Part shown: in pieces, positions 36,251 through 48,935 of the stretch
Layout of the letters: each line of letters begins with the position of its first letter
Numbering within the stretch: the stretch's first letter is position 1
Assembly: GCF_036321535.1 (NCBI RefSeq)
Contig: NC_087438.1
Location: forward strand, 1,984,001-2,048,000
Length of the DNA stretch: 64,000 nucleotides
Source of the DNA: Camelus dromedarius
Lineage: Eukaryota
Direction: 5' to 3'
Notes under the pieces: generated by a model
Told to the model about the DNA's origin: nothing
Database searches by the model: none
The model's input: only the letters and a program-made list of their open reading frames with translations
Made by a program: the position numbers and the translations under genes

Positions 36251-38039
36251 GGGATGACTCATCATGTGTGGAATTTAGCAAAAAGCATTTCAGGCGCACT
36301 GAAGCCCCTCGGAGGCCCAGCGCACGGCGACCTGTGGTCAGGAGGGCAGGCTGCGGCCCTGACGTGGTCGCGTCCCCAGCGCCTGCGAGCCCAGAAACAC
36401 GCAGGACCCGGTGCTCTTCCACAACAGACCTTGCGATCTTTGCTGCCTTTGTGTTAGCGCTGTCGATGGCACTGTCGGGAGGGAGGACTCGCAGACACCC
36501 TTCCGGGGGAAATTATTGATTTCTGCCCATTCGAGATTCACCGCTGGCTTAACCTGGCTAAGCAGAACCCCCATCAGACCGCTCCCTCCTCCCCTTAGAA
36601 GAGACGGCCTTGAAAGTCAGGCGGTGTCCTTGTTGCTGGAGATCCTGCCCCCAAATTTCACGGGTGGCGAAGAGCCGTGGCCGTCTGCTGAGATGACGTT
36701 GGGAAGCTGAGAATGAGCCACGTGCACTGAGGCCTCAGGAGCCGGGCGTTCCTCCTGCCTTTTGTCCTGGGGGGATGCCCGCCGGGACTCGACTTCTTTA
36801 CCTCTTGGAGAGTCGCCTTTGGCACTTTCGTAGACGCAGTCCTTCCTTCCGCTCCCCCGCGCCCCCCGATCTGTACCATTAGCACCCTACCAAATAATAC
36901 ACCGCTAAGCACAGTCAGAAGGCTTCTGCCTTCCCACTGCATCGTGGTGTGTCCACAATAAGCTGCGGAACAGGACGGAATCAGGGCGTCCATTAATAAG
37001 AGGGTGGTGTTTGTTTCCAAAGACCTTCCTACTTCACTTGCATCTTTCTGGCTTTCAAATTCCTCCTCTTTACACGACCTTTTCACTGAATCCTGGGGGC
37101 CCAGAGATGCCATTTTGAGTTGTCCGTCTGCCGTACACAGTTTCAAGTTTACCAGTGAAATAGTCGCACTTAATAAAAAGTGACCTTGTTTTACAGACAA
37201 ACATGATGAATTTATGGGGGCAGCTGAGTGGAGCTATTCATTCCCAGCCTAGTGCCATTTTAATTAATTAAAATAAAAAAATCAATGAAGGTAGATTCGG
37301 TTTTCTACAAGCTGTTTTACATTTTCTACTTTCCTATTTGAAATTCAAAGGGTTTTTAAAGAAATATTTTATTTTTTTGGTTGCTCATAGTATCTTTTCT
37401 CCCCTTTGTCTGTCTTAAAATGTATTTCTCCAGGGGCACTTGGGGTCCAAAAGGCAGCCGATTGTTCTTCGTGCAGACAGGCTCTGAATCCTGTAGTGTC
37501 TTGATTTGAATAAAGCGAGGAGTGATGGGGCTAATGTGATGGCATCTTGAATTGCTAAGTGGCTCGAGGCTGAAAGCCCAGCGTGGCCGCTCAGGGGCAC
37601 AGGAGTCGCGCACAGAGAAAAGCAGAAGGAGACGGGGAGGAGTCCAGGCACAGACCCTGGACACTCCCCGGCGACGGGCAGGAGAGGGGAGGTCGGCGTG
37701 GGGTCCCGCCGCGCGGCCGTCCACGCAGGGCTCCGGCTGGGACTCCGCCTTGCACAGCCCTCCTTAGCACCCAATTAACTGACTTGGGTTTGGGCAGATT
37801 CCTTCTTTCTGAGAGAGGCTACGGCAGACTGCAGCTTTAATTTCAGAAAATGCTCAACGCAGATTAAAATTAGAAACCTGGAATTACTGTTTTATCATCC
37901 TTGATCAAACACGGAATCCAGAGAAAGAAAGCTTGCGTGGTGGGCACGAACATCGGGAGCTGGATTTTGCATTATTATCTCCTGCCTAACTAGGCACTTT
38001 CCGGGGCACCCGAGCTCTTCGCCTTTTAACTGAGCTTGC

Positions 38040-38760
38040 AGTTGCTATAGTGATGGTATAATTTCGTAATGGTCTAGAAATGACACCGGCATAGATACTG
38101 ACAGATAGGAATTAATTCACTAACAAGTAATTATGTCGCGAAATGTTGACTGCCATCCAGAAGTTGCGCGGTGACACATTTTCTGTTTTTCTGGGATGGC
38201 AGTAACATTAGCATTGGTCATTAGTGGTAGACNNNNNNNNNNNNNNNNNNNNNNNNNNNNNNNNNNNNNNNNNNNNNNNNNNNNNNNNNNNNNNNNNNNN
38301 NNNNNNNNNNNNNNNNNNNNNNNNNNNNNNNNNNNNNNNNNNNNNNNNNNNNNNNNNNNNNNNNNNNNNNNNNNNNNNNNNNNNNNNNNNNNNNNNNNNN
38401 NNNNNNNNNNNNNNNNNNNNNNNNNNNNNNNNNNNNNNNNNNNNNNNNNNNNNNNNNNNNATAAGATGACTCAGAATTTGCATTGTTCATTCTAATAAAT
38501 TTGCTTCCCCTCCATTGCATGGCAGGACCCATCAGATAAAGTCTCCCGGACTGTCATCAANNNNNNNNNNNNNNNNNNNNNNNNNNNNNNNNNNNNNNNN
38601 NNNNNNNNNNNNNNNNNNNNNNNNNNNNNNNNNNNNNNNNNNNNNNNNNNNNNNNNNNNNNNNNNNNNNNNNNNNNNNNNNNNNNNNNNNNNNNNNNNNN
38701 NNNNNNNNGAAGTGTCATTAATGCTGTCTAACTAGAGGAGCCTCAGCTGGGAGAGTGAGC
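38040..38760. promoter_or_regulatory. Candidate conserved non-coding element; N blocks 38233-38460 (228 bp) and 38561-38708 (148 bp)
   Basis: Flanks rich in TAATT/ATTA and TGACA motifs (GGAATTAATTCACTAACAAGTAATTATG, GTGTCATTAATGC); no repeat similarity. Confidence 0.55.
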
Positions 38761-41649
38761 GCCTCTGAAAAAGTAATCACGGCGAGGTGCGGGAGACGGG
38801 AACCAGCGCCCCGACGCCGCGCGAGTCCTATTAGCAAACAGTTGTATTTCTCATCTGCGGTTCTTCACGATAAAATATGGGAGCGCAGACCTCAGAACAC
38901 GTACGTGGGGTTGATACAATTTCTGTCACACACTCACCGGTGGGTCCTAAGCCAGTCCTGCTTAACCTGTTACTACCGGGGCACCTAATATGTAATTTGC
39001 AGATTTCAAGCTCATCTCACCGTTGGAGCCACATGGTGCAAAATTCAGCTGGTACGCAAAGGTGACCGGTGCTGCACTCACCCAGCCAAGTGGTGGATTG
39101 AAGACGTGGACTTAAGACTGTCATTCTGCCCTTAGAGCCCTCTGCTAATAAGATCACGTTGCCATTAATCATCACTTGGCAACCAAAACCCTCAAACAAA
39201 AAATATGCGTAAAAAGATGCAAGCAGGATGCGAACCATGCAGGCAGCCTTCCGCGCAGGAACGGTTCGCTAGGCAGTTGCCGAGCCCACGCCCAGGACGC
39301 TAAGCAGAGCTTTTGTTAATCTGAGCGGCGGGGTAGGAGGCCATCGCGCTATGTTGCAGCTAAATCGGAGAGGAACAGATGCATGGGGGAGAAAGGACAA
39401 TTTTATCACATGACAGGCAGTTTCATTTGGAAATGGATGCGCCCGGGTTTTAGCTGTGCCCCAATGCCCGGGTCGCGAGCCGACTGGTGTGTTGGGCAAT
39501 GGCACTTTGGCGGTGGCCTCGCTGCGTCATCGTGGTGTGCAGGATGCTGCGTCTGTGCAGAAAGTGCCCCCAGCAGATTCCACATCATAGGCACCGGCTC
39601 TTTCCCATCTTGTTGTCAAAATAATACACTCACGTGAGGTCTATCTTCACTTAATTACTGACATCATTTCGTGTCTGTAGAACAAGTAAATTATTGTTCG
39701 GCCACTCAAGAAAGAGTAATGAAGACGGCATTCTGTAGTTTCACAGTTCACAACTTGTCACAGGTATGGCTGAGCTAATTGTCAAGCGGTTAAACATTTA
39801 TCCAGGGAGGATGATCAGGCAAGCACCCTGCGTGTGAGGGAAGCCCAGCCCAGCGCACACAAGCTTCAGCAAGCGTGAAAAGTTTGATTTGCCGCTCTGG
39901 AGATCAGACTTCACGAAGGCAGAGATGTTATTTTATCTTTCAAAAGCCAATGCACGAATGAAACAAGGCTGGAAGCCGGTGGAAGCTGCAGACATTTGAG
40001 GACCACTCATTCCTGATGTCCCGAGTCTTGAGAAAGATGAAAACGCAACGACAACCACTTTGAAAAGGCGGACTTTCAAAGCTTTTTCTAATTTAATCTT
40101 TGTCCCTAAAATTTATCCATGGAAGGTACTCTTATTAATTTTCCTGAGGGAACCCCTTCATGTGGACGGCGTGGGGACACTTTCATTCCTTCTCCCTTAA
40201 GGAAGAGCTCTGCTGGGCTTTCAAAGACTCAGCTAGTGTGGGGCAGATTTTGAAAATTCTAGCAATTAACTGCACAGAAGAACAACATTTTTTTTCTAAT
40301 ATCCTGGGATCGTCCTTCAGGTCGTTACAGGTGGAACCGTCCTTAATGAATGCCAAGGGGACAGCTTAAAAAGCCTTTTTGTCAGTTCCAGTACCCCGGT
40401 CCGGGAGGGTGGGGATAGAGCAAACGCTGGAGACGTTCTAACAGTCACCTTCTTGGGGACCAGCTGGAGAGCAATTGGAGGGAAAACCCTCTCATTAATC
40501 ACTGAGAGGAGGTGAAAAATTAAGATGTCGATTTTGCACCGTCCGCGTTTCCCCTGGACCTCTCCACTCACCAGAGCAGACAGAGACTGGGCTCTCCAAA
40601 AACGCACGCAGGTCACAGGCGGGAAGCGCCACCCTGCCCCGTGCACTTTGCGAAGTTGCTGTAACTTGCGGGAGGTTTCAGAGGCTCACACTTAGCTCCT
40701 GCTGCAGGCGTGCTCACTCACGGGGAGCTGGGGAGCCTGCCCCCCGTTATTCAGGATATCCTGCTAACGCCGCCAGCAGCCAGCTTCTGTCCAGATTCAC
40801 CCCTGGATGGAGTGTACAGGCAAACACAGCCCCTCCTAGGTACCCTTGGTAATTGCTGCAAGTCAGAAAGTCTTGCTCGAGTGTGAAGAGGAAACTCTGA
40901 TCTCGTCCCCCGTGCCACCACCTGGGACTGGCGAGGGGACCAGGCGGAGACGGGGAGGCCCAGGCCGCACTGCCATGCTCTCCCGAGGAGGCCCGGGCGT
41001 GTCGCCCGCTGGGGACACAGGTTGTCCACCTAGGCAGCCACTGGGGATGCCGCAGGCAGCGGGCAGTGGAGCGCCTGCCCGGAGACCTTCGCCGCCTTTC
41101 CCCCAGCTACTGCCTGCTGGATGCAAACAGCTGTTTCAGGCACTTCCAAGAAGACAAATGTCTTTTCAGGGGCTTTTGAGAAAATAAATCGCCATCATTT
41201 GGATAAGGCACATTTTATTAGTGACAAAAACCCATGGGTGAATTTGTTTTCTGTTTCATTAGATGCAATGTAGCCATTCAGCCGGTCACATGTAAAGTTT
41301 GAAAATAGGATTTCTAGCCCTCTGTGTTTACCTACATACGAATTTGCCGTTTCACTCCCACGTCTCAAACGAGCTTCTCCGGGGTGTTAGAAGGATCAAT
41401 TACTCCTTCCTTTAGGGAGACGGCACAGCCTTTTCTTTTTCTGGCAGAAGAGAAAAAGGCTAGAAAATTGGTCAAGATCATTTGCTGCTTCAGAGGCAGC
41501 AAAAACCAGCATCTTTCTCTCGAGTGAAGGTATTTTGAACGTGCACAAAGCAGGATTCTTGCAGGCAGAGCCTGCAGAACCATCAGGACGCGAGAAGGAA
41601 GCCCAGATGCTCCTGGTCCCCAGATTTGCAGGTTCCGGGACGTAGTGTA

Positions 41650-42960
41650 TATTTTATGAAATGATTAATGCGGACAAGGAGCTCACATTTTTTACATTAA
41701 CNNNNNNNNNNNNNNNNNNNNNNNNNNNNNNNNNNNNNNNNNNNNNNNNNNNNNNNNNNNNNNNNNNNNNNNNNNNNNNNNNNNNNNNNNNNNNNNNNNN
41801 NNNNNNNNNNNNNNNNNNNNNNNNNNNNNNNNNNNNNNNNNNNNNNNNNNNNNNNNNNNNNNNNNNNNNNNNNNNNNNNNNNNNNNNNNNNNNNNNNNNN
41901 NNNNNNNNNNNNNNNNNNNNNNNNNNNNNNNNNNNNNNNNNNNNNNNNNNNNNNNNNNNNNNNNNNNNNNNNNNNNNNNNNNNNNNNNNNNNNNNNNNNN
42001 NNNNNNNNNNNNNNNNNNNNNNNNNNNNNNNNNNNNNNNNNTTTTTTTTAAACTCCATATTCATGAAAAGCGGACTTGTAATTTGATAAAGGGGAGCTTG
42101 TGTTCCCGTTTCCATTCAAACGGCATCGCGGAGCAGAATTAAAGTAGGCATCTGTGTTCTCCGGCATTAATCTCCTCAAGCACATCCCAGCTGCTCTGAT
42201 GTGCAGGAGGAAGATAAGTCCTGCGCNNNNNNNNNNNNNNNNNNNNNNNNNNNNNNNNNNNNNNNNNNNNNNNNNNNNNNNNNNNNNNNNNNNNNNNNNN
42301 NNNNNNNNNNNNNNNNNNNNNNNNNNNNNNNNNNNNNNNNNNNNNNNNNNNNNNNNNNNNNNNNNNNNNNNNNNNNNNNNNNNNNNNNNNNNNNNNNNNN
42401 NNNNNNNNNNNNNNNNNNNNNNNNNNNNNNNNNNNNNNNNNNNNNNGGAGCAGCCATCACCATTTGAATTGAGGTATTCAGTAGCACATGAATATGAACA
42501 AATGGCAAACATAAATCTCTTGCATGAAGTACACCTTCTATCCTTTTATTATGGAACAATTNNNNNNNNNNNNNNNNNNNNNNNNNNNNNNNNNNNNNNN
42601 NNNNNNNNNNNNNNNNNNNNNNNNNNNNNNNNNNNNNNNNNNNNNNNNNNNNNNNNNNNNNNNNNNNNNNNNNNNNNNNNNNNNNNNNNNNNNNNNNNNN
42701 NNNNNNNNNNNNNNNNNNNNNNNNNNNNNNNNNNNNNNNNNNNNNNNNNNNNNNNNNNNNNNNNNNNNNNNNNNNNNNNNNNNNNNNNNNNNNNNNNNNN
42801 NNNNNNNNNNNNNNNNNNNNNNNNNNNNNNNNNNNNNNNNNNNNNNNNNNNNNNNNNNNNNNNNNNNNNNNNNNNNNNNNNNNNNNNNNNNNNCATGTTT
42901 GTGTTTATTGAAATAGATTTAATGGTATTATGAGTGATGATACACTTAACCAAGGCTATA
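41650..42960. promoter_or_regulatory. Candidate long conserved non-coding element; N blocks 41702-42041 (340 bp), 42227-42446 (220 bp), 42562-42893 (332 bp)
   Basis: Unique AT-rich islands between the gaps with homeodomain motifs (GATTAATGC, GTAATTTGATAA, GCATTAATC). Confidence 0.55.
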
Positions 42961-45497
42961 TTTATAAATTCCTGTCAAACTTTTATTTTCTTCCCTCTGC
43001 TTGAGCTTAGAGAATTGATCTGAGGTTGTGCTGTCTCTCCTGTGTGTCCGCCACGGGCAGAGCCACGGACAGTGCGCACAGGGGCTTTGTTATTTACGCA
43101 TTGTCTACTGGGCCAGGGTAGCCCGGACCCACCCACCCAGGCCCCTGATATTCTTAAAACAAAAAATAAACAAACAGAAAATAAAAGCTTAACTTCACTG
43201 GATGCATCAGCCTGGGCGGTAGTTTCCACTGAGGACCTGTATTCTGCAACGACCAAAGTGTTTACTCTGCTCCTTCTCCAAAATGGCCTCGACGTTGCCA
43301 ACAACCACAACACCAGAAGCAACAATGACCGGAGGGGGAGGAGCTCCTCCGCACCTTTCTGGTGCCACCTTGCAACTTCCCATCGCATCTCTGCCAGCGC
43401 CCACCGCGCTGGGATCCTGCAGCTGGCCGCACGGGGCCACACGTGGACACATCAGAGGGGCAAGCAGAAGGTGGACACCCCCAGGCTTATCACGGAGGAT
43501 GTGAAGCAACTCGGAATCTTTTCTGAGGCTGGAAAGTCAAGTCCAACTCTAGAAAGAAAATTGTTCTTCGCAGACGAAGAGAGAAAATGCTTTCTGAAGG
43601 GTTGGGTGCTGTGAGTACCTAGGAGAGAAGACAAAAACTGTAAAAAGTTAGAAGAACAAGCCCATCACTTTATCCTCAAGATTGGCAGGCTGTAGACTGG
43701 TCACTCATTACCCCACTTTTCTCTGTCCCCCTAATATTGAAAGTCGTACAGTTCGAGTGTCGACAACACACTCCGGGTCATTACCTGATACAAGCACGTG
43801 CCACTCGTTTCAGGCTCATAAAAGAGAGACTGTTTGCACCTTCCATAAAGTCTACCAGAACGGTTTGAGCATAATAGGTGTTCAGTTAACCCTGTATAAT
43901 GAACAGGCAGATAAACACGGCCCTGAGTGTCTTCATTTCTAGAGGGGTGTAGAGGGACAGTCACTCGTGTGCCCCAGAGCTTGCTGAGGTTAATTTTTTT
44001 ATGCTCCAATGTGTAATTCCTGGTTTTCCAGGATTAGGGTGGCTGAGACAGTGATGAGAAGAAACCAAACACACAAGGGAAAGATCCCTGATCTCAGAGC
44101 AAACTACCAGAAATACATTTCCTTATTAACTTGCTCTGAATCTGTTTATTTGCCAGAATTATTTTCAGTTACCTCTTTGTTATCCACCCCCACACACAAA
44201 AAAATCCAGTGTTTTGTGTGGATGGAGAAATGTTGCAGTTATTAGCACAATCTCTGCCGTTTTTTCTAATCACTGCTATGTATATGGTCTGCAAGAATGG
44301 AGGGAGGTGGGGCCTGGTAAATCCTCTTCTAATAAGAAAAATGTCTGACTTCGTGAAACCAGATACTTAGTTCTGAGCCCCGAAACAAGCTGAAAGCATA
44401 GACTCTTAGGGAATACTGTTTAAAAATCACAGGTAGATTAAAATCACACGCACAGCCTTGCATATTGGGATTTTAATGTTCATTATTGCATTCATTATAT
44501 GATTTAAATGAGATTACAGAGTAAAATATGCTGTACTTTGTGATTTAACAACAATATTTAAATACTCTGTAAGTCTTTTAAATTATTCTTTGATAAAATT
44601 GCAACTTACTCATTTCAACACACAGTCTGTATTGAGTCTTAAAGCTATATAAAGCTTCTGTAAATGTATGGTTTTGCTTTAAGCACATCTTGACGCAAAA
44701 GGGATTCAAAACCTTTTGACTGGATTGAAAATGATGTAGGTGGCGGGGCTGAGAAAAGCCACTGGTGGCGACCAAATTAAGTGAGCTCGCCCTCCGGGGT
44801 TTTCCTGACAGACTGGCCCCACCGGGCAGGTCCCAGGGGAGACATTCACAGACATCTCAAAGGTACCTAGAATTTCTACTCTGAAAGAGCAACCTTTTTC
44901 TCTCTGTGTCTGGGGCCTACGTAAAGCTGCCCTTGAATGTCAGGAGATGTGCCCGGTATACTTTCTTGGAATAAAAATAATTGACTTTTTTTTTTTTTTA
45001 ACCAAACTCAATATTTGAAAGCATTTGATGCCACAGTAGCCCAGTTTCTTGTTTACTTTCCCTCTAAAACACACTTTTTCCCTCTATGTGCTGCTCATCC
45101 CTGGACAGATGAAATTGATTTCAATTTATCCTAGCAATTTTTTACGACTCTACTGAAATTCCGTCATCGCGCCGGCATTGGAAGAAAGAGGGTTCGAAGG
45201 TTAAGACCGTCGGCGCAATCTCTGTGTTAGCATGTTTCCAGGATAATTATTGGACTCCTTCTATGTACAGACCCGTTCAGCGTTGGGCTGGCTGACGATG
45301 GATTTGATTGTGACCACTGGGCAACATTTATTAGGAGTTCCTAGTGTTTGTAAACAATCCAAATATAAGATCTTTCACTTCAAATGGCTCACTTTTTTCC
45401 CTCCAGGGTCACAGTAGATAGAGGGGTAGAAAGGGGAAGAGAAGAGAGAGGGGATACACTTAAACATAAGAAAGGAAATTAAGGAAACACTTAAGCA

Positions 45498-45623
45498 GGG
45501 GAGGGTGTAGCTCAGTGGCGGAGAGCGCACTTAGCATGCACGACGTCCTGGGTTCAATCCCAGGTACCGCCACTAAGAAATAAACATAATTACCTCTCCT
45601 CCCCCCCCCAAAAGAAATAAAAA
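45498..45623 (+). mobile_element. tRNA-Ala-derived camelid SINE (Vic-1-like) with intact Pol III boxes
   Basis: Box A TAGCTCAGTGG 45508-45518, AGC anticodon loop TTAGCAT, box B GGTTCAATCC 45551-45560, then TAATTACCTC-C-rich-A-rich tail. Confidence 0.95.
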
Positions 45624-48600
45624 GAGCAAGAAAGAACACACGTACAGAGGCAAGCACGCTGAGCTTACGTGCGTTAAGAAGGCACTTAAACACGAGGAAG
45701 GAGAGGCAGTTTGTTCAGATCGGTTTTGATGCCTGTTTTCATTCGATTCTGGAATTCTAGTTTTTATTTGATTTCGAAGTTGGTGAGCGTTGTTCCTTCT
45801 AAGTCTAAGGACTTCTCACCTTACAGAAAATTTGAAAGTCAAAATGGGAAACAGAAAAACCACCAGTAGAATCGGAGACAGTGGAGGAAAAGCACAGTTC
45901 TCAGAAGGAGTGGCCCGCGTGTGCGGCCGTGCCCGCAGCTCTGCGCCCCCCACAGGCCCCCGGCACACCTCGCCCTCGAGCCCTCGGCTCCGTGCCCAGA
46001 CCCCCGGACGCCAAGCCCAGTTTCCGTTCTCCCGCTGTCTCCTGCAAACTTCCAGCCGGCACTGGGCCCGTGATGCCACCTCGGGGACTCAGGTGGCCCT
46101 CAGCTCCTGCTCCCCCGACCGCACCTGCGTCTCTGAACAGCCCCTCGTCCGTTCTGCTCCGGGTGAGCCCTCCTGTTGTCGCTCCCCAGGCACTGACACA
46201 GATCGCACTCTTAAAATAGCATTTACTGTCCTGTTCACTGCTGGAGGAATAAGCTGCTCTCTGCAGACAGTAATAAAACAAGGAGAAGGAAGCAAAGGAA
46301 ATGAAAACCACCCGTAGTCCCCAAGTCAGAAGCAAGCCGGCTGGCGTTCACACGCACGCACGTGTACTGAGGACAACCACACGCGTGCACTGCTCCATAT
46401 GCGTGTACTATGACGTGCTGTGATGCAGACACACATGACACACACGGTTCCATTAGCACGTGCATGTGTGCGGGCGTGTCCGCATGGCTTTAGTTCTGGA
46501 TGGGGGAGGAAGCGTCCCTTGTCCTGATCTGTATCTCACGTAGCACCAGGCACAGTGACGTGTGCTCATGGTGTCCTCTCCACAGATAGCTGTTGAGTAA
46601 ATGAAAAAAAAAAGCAGATTTTAAATTTTCCTTTGTTTTTTTTTTTCCTCACGCAGTGACTTTGCAAGTGTCTGAAAATAAAAAGTGCGGTCACTTGGTG
46701 CGCGCGATGCCGAGTGACTGATCTGAGTAGTGTTCCCAGGGAACGTACCCACCTGCTGACTGAGCGCACTGGCTTCCCTTTGCAAGCTCCCCTGCGGCTG
46801 CGTGAGCCCGTGTGCAGGCCCGGGAAGGACGGAGCCCCCTCCGTCTGCGTCCGGAACGGAAGGTTTCATTCCTTCCGCTGCTCATCACAGGCGAAACTGC
46901 TCCCATGGTTTTAAATACGATGCCACGACTGCAAACAACGGTGTGGAAGATGGTATTTGGTTAATTTTCTAACCAGCCCTTGACCCCATCAGTAGCTGTT
47001 CTCTCGGTACCCAGATGAGTACAGCAGGGTGCGCCGGCCTTTAAAACGTGCGCACCCAGAGTCGCCAGGCCCCCGTACAGGCTCCTGCTGAATGTGTTTT
47101 CAGTACTCAAAATGAAGGAAGACTCGCCTTAGCAAAATTGTCACTGGCACAGCCGTCACGTGAGTGTCCCTTCTGGTTTTACCGGCGGGCGCCGTGGCCG
47201 GTGCAACTCACCGCAGAAATCGGGCTTGGGGCTGTGGGAGGCGGGGCGGCCTGGCCTTGTCCGTGCCAGGGTCCTCCTCCCGCGGGGGGAGAGGGTGCGG
47301 GGCCCTGCTTCCGTTACTGTTTTAGGTACTGATGAGATGTTAGAAACAGGGCTGAAATAATTGGATGTGACCTTTTTGGTTTTCTCCACCCGGGAGCAAA
47401 CTTGGAGGGAACCTGGGAGGGTGACTGATGTGGGCGGCTGCTCCCGGACAGCTCGGGCCTCGGGCAAGCGGCTGCCTTCCTAAAATAAGAGTGCACTTTC
47501 TGCTCATTAGGAAGGAAATTCAGCTGCACACTGCGCCTAGCTGCGCCTCCAGACCACCCTCACTGCACTCCACACCCCGCCCCGTCGGGTCCCCAGAGTG
47601 AGCGCTTTGCTGTAAGGTGAAAAAGCAGAAGTCTCGACTCGTATGTGACTTTGAGCTGCTAGGCAGTGCCGTTTCCTTCAGTCGCAGAAAAATTTCACGT
47701 AGACGTAAGAAGGAGGAGAATTTTTAAAGTTGGTTTAGTTTAGTCACATCATTCCAAGAGCAGTCTCTTTCCCATTGCTTGGGGGGGGGGCATCAAGTGT
47801 GACTTTGCTTCACTTCCAGCAGGACAGACTTCGACCCAAACCTGTCTATTTAGAGGGGACTCAGAGCCGAGGGAGGAGCAGAGCCTTTTCCAGAAATAAC
47901 GGTGGATTTATGCTGATGCTGGTAATTCTTGATCAGAGCTTTTCTGCAGTGAAAGCCGGGTTACTAATGGGCTGAAAATACACTTTATTAAGTTTCACTG
48001 AAAATGGCAGAAGGGAGCAGAGTCTGGGAGGAGAACCCGGCCTGGGCCGTCGCCGGTCCTGGTGGCTCTGGGCTTTCTTCTCAAGGCTGTGGGGCTGCCG
48101 GGGACCTTCCACCGTCCCATCCTCCTCTGCCCTCGTTCCCAGAGGCAAGCAGCAAGGGGAGCCGGCTCAGCGGACTCCACGGCCCGGGGGAAGCCTTCCT
48201 GGAGGCCCAGTGTTACCACGATTCATTCCCAGAAACTCCTGAGGCATGGCAGGCGTGAGAACATGGTATTAAACGTGGAAACTTTCATTTCATCTCATTA
48301 AGGGGGGCATGGACTGAATACAGATGATGAAAGTGAAACACAGCAAAAATGGCTGCTCCAGGTCGTCCGATTCACCCAGCTCCACGTGGGCTGCGTCCAT
48401 CACAAGGGCACGCATTGGAGGAAACGCCTTTCAGAAGTTACCTGCCATAGTGGCTGGTTTAAAGGACCCTGTGGAAACGCAGGAGCCGGCTTCCAGGGGA
48501 CACGGCTGTCACTACCTGCCCTCAGGGGACCTGACTGCCACCGACTTCGCAGTGCTGGTGCCAGCTCTAAGCTGGCAATTTACGTTTCCAAACAGCTGCA

Positions 48601-48643
48601 GTGCTCAACTCTGCGGTCCTGCAAATAGATTTGCTTTCTCTAA

Positions 48644-48791
48644 ACAGGGTAATCATTCAGTATCTTGTAATAACCTGTAATGGAAAAGACTCTGAAAAAA
48701 AATATACGTATGTGCATGTATATGTAGAACTGAATCACTTTGCTGTGCACCTGAAACTAATGCAGTGTTGCAAACCAACTGGACTTCAGTT
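48644..48791 (+). mobile_element. 5'-truncated L1 3'UTR tail (older artiodactyl type)
   Basis: CAGTATCTTGTAATAACCTGTAATGGAAAAGACTCTGAAAAA...ACTGAATCACTTTGCTGTGCACCTGAAACTAA. Confidence 0.85.
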
Positions 48792-48795
48792 GGGA

Positions 48796-48935
48796 GGGGA
48801 GAGCGGAGCTCAGCGGAGGAGCGCGTGCTGAGCTCGCACGAGGTCCTGGGCTCAATGACAAGTCCCTTCACTAGAAAACAAACAGATGAGCCTAAACTTA
48901 AACCTAATTACCTCCCCCCTAAAAATACAAAAAAA
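48796..48935 (+). mobile_element. tRNA-Ala-derived camelid SINE (Vic-1-like), diverged
   Basis: GGGGAGAGCGGAGCTCAGCGGAGGAGCGCGTGCTGAGCTCGCACGAGGTCCTGGGCTCAAT...AACCTAATTACCTCCCCCCTAAAAA. Confidence 0.85.

Noticed and set aside
35648-42953. ORFs containing long X runs
   Set aside because: They are open only because N bases cannot encode stops.
43056-43076. REST/NRSE site GGCAGAGCCACGGACAGTGCG
   Set aside because: About 15/21 match with two mismatches in the CAGCACC half-site; too weak without data.
44758-44772. CTCF-like GCCACTGGTGGCG
   Set aside because: Requires a gap in the core to fit the consensus.
45501-45572. tRNA-Ala(AGC) gene
   Set aside because: Acceptor and anticodon stems do not pair, and it is followed by the SINE tail; three related copies occur in the window.
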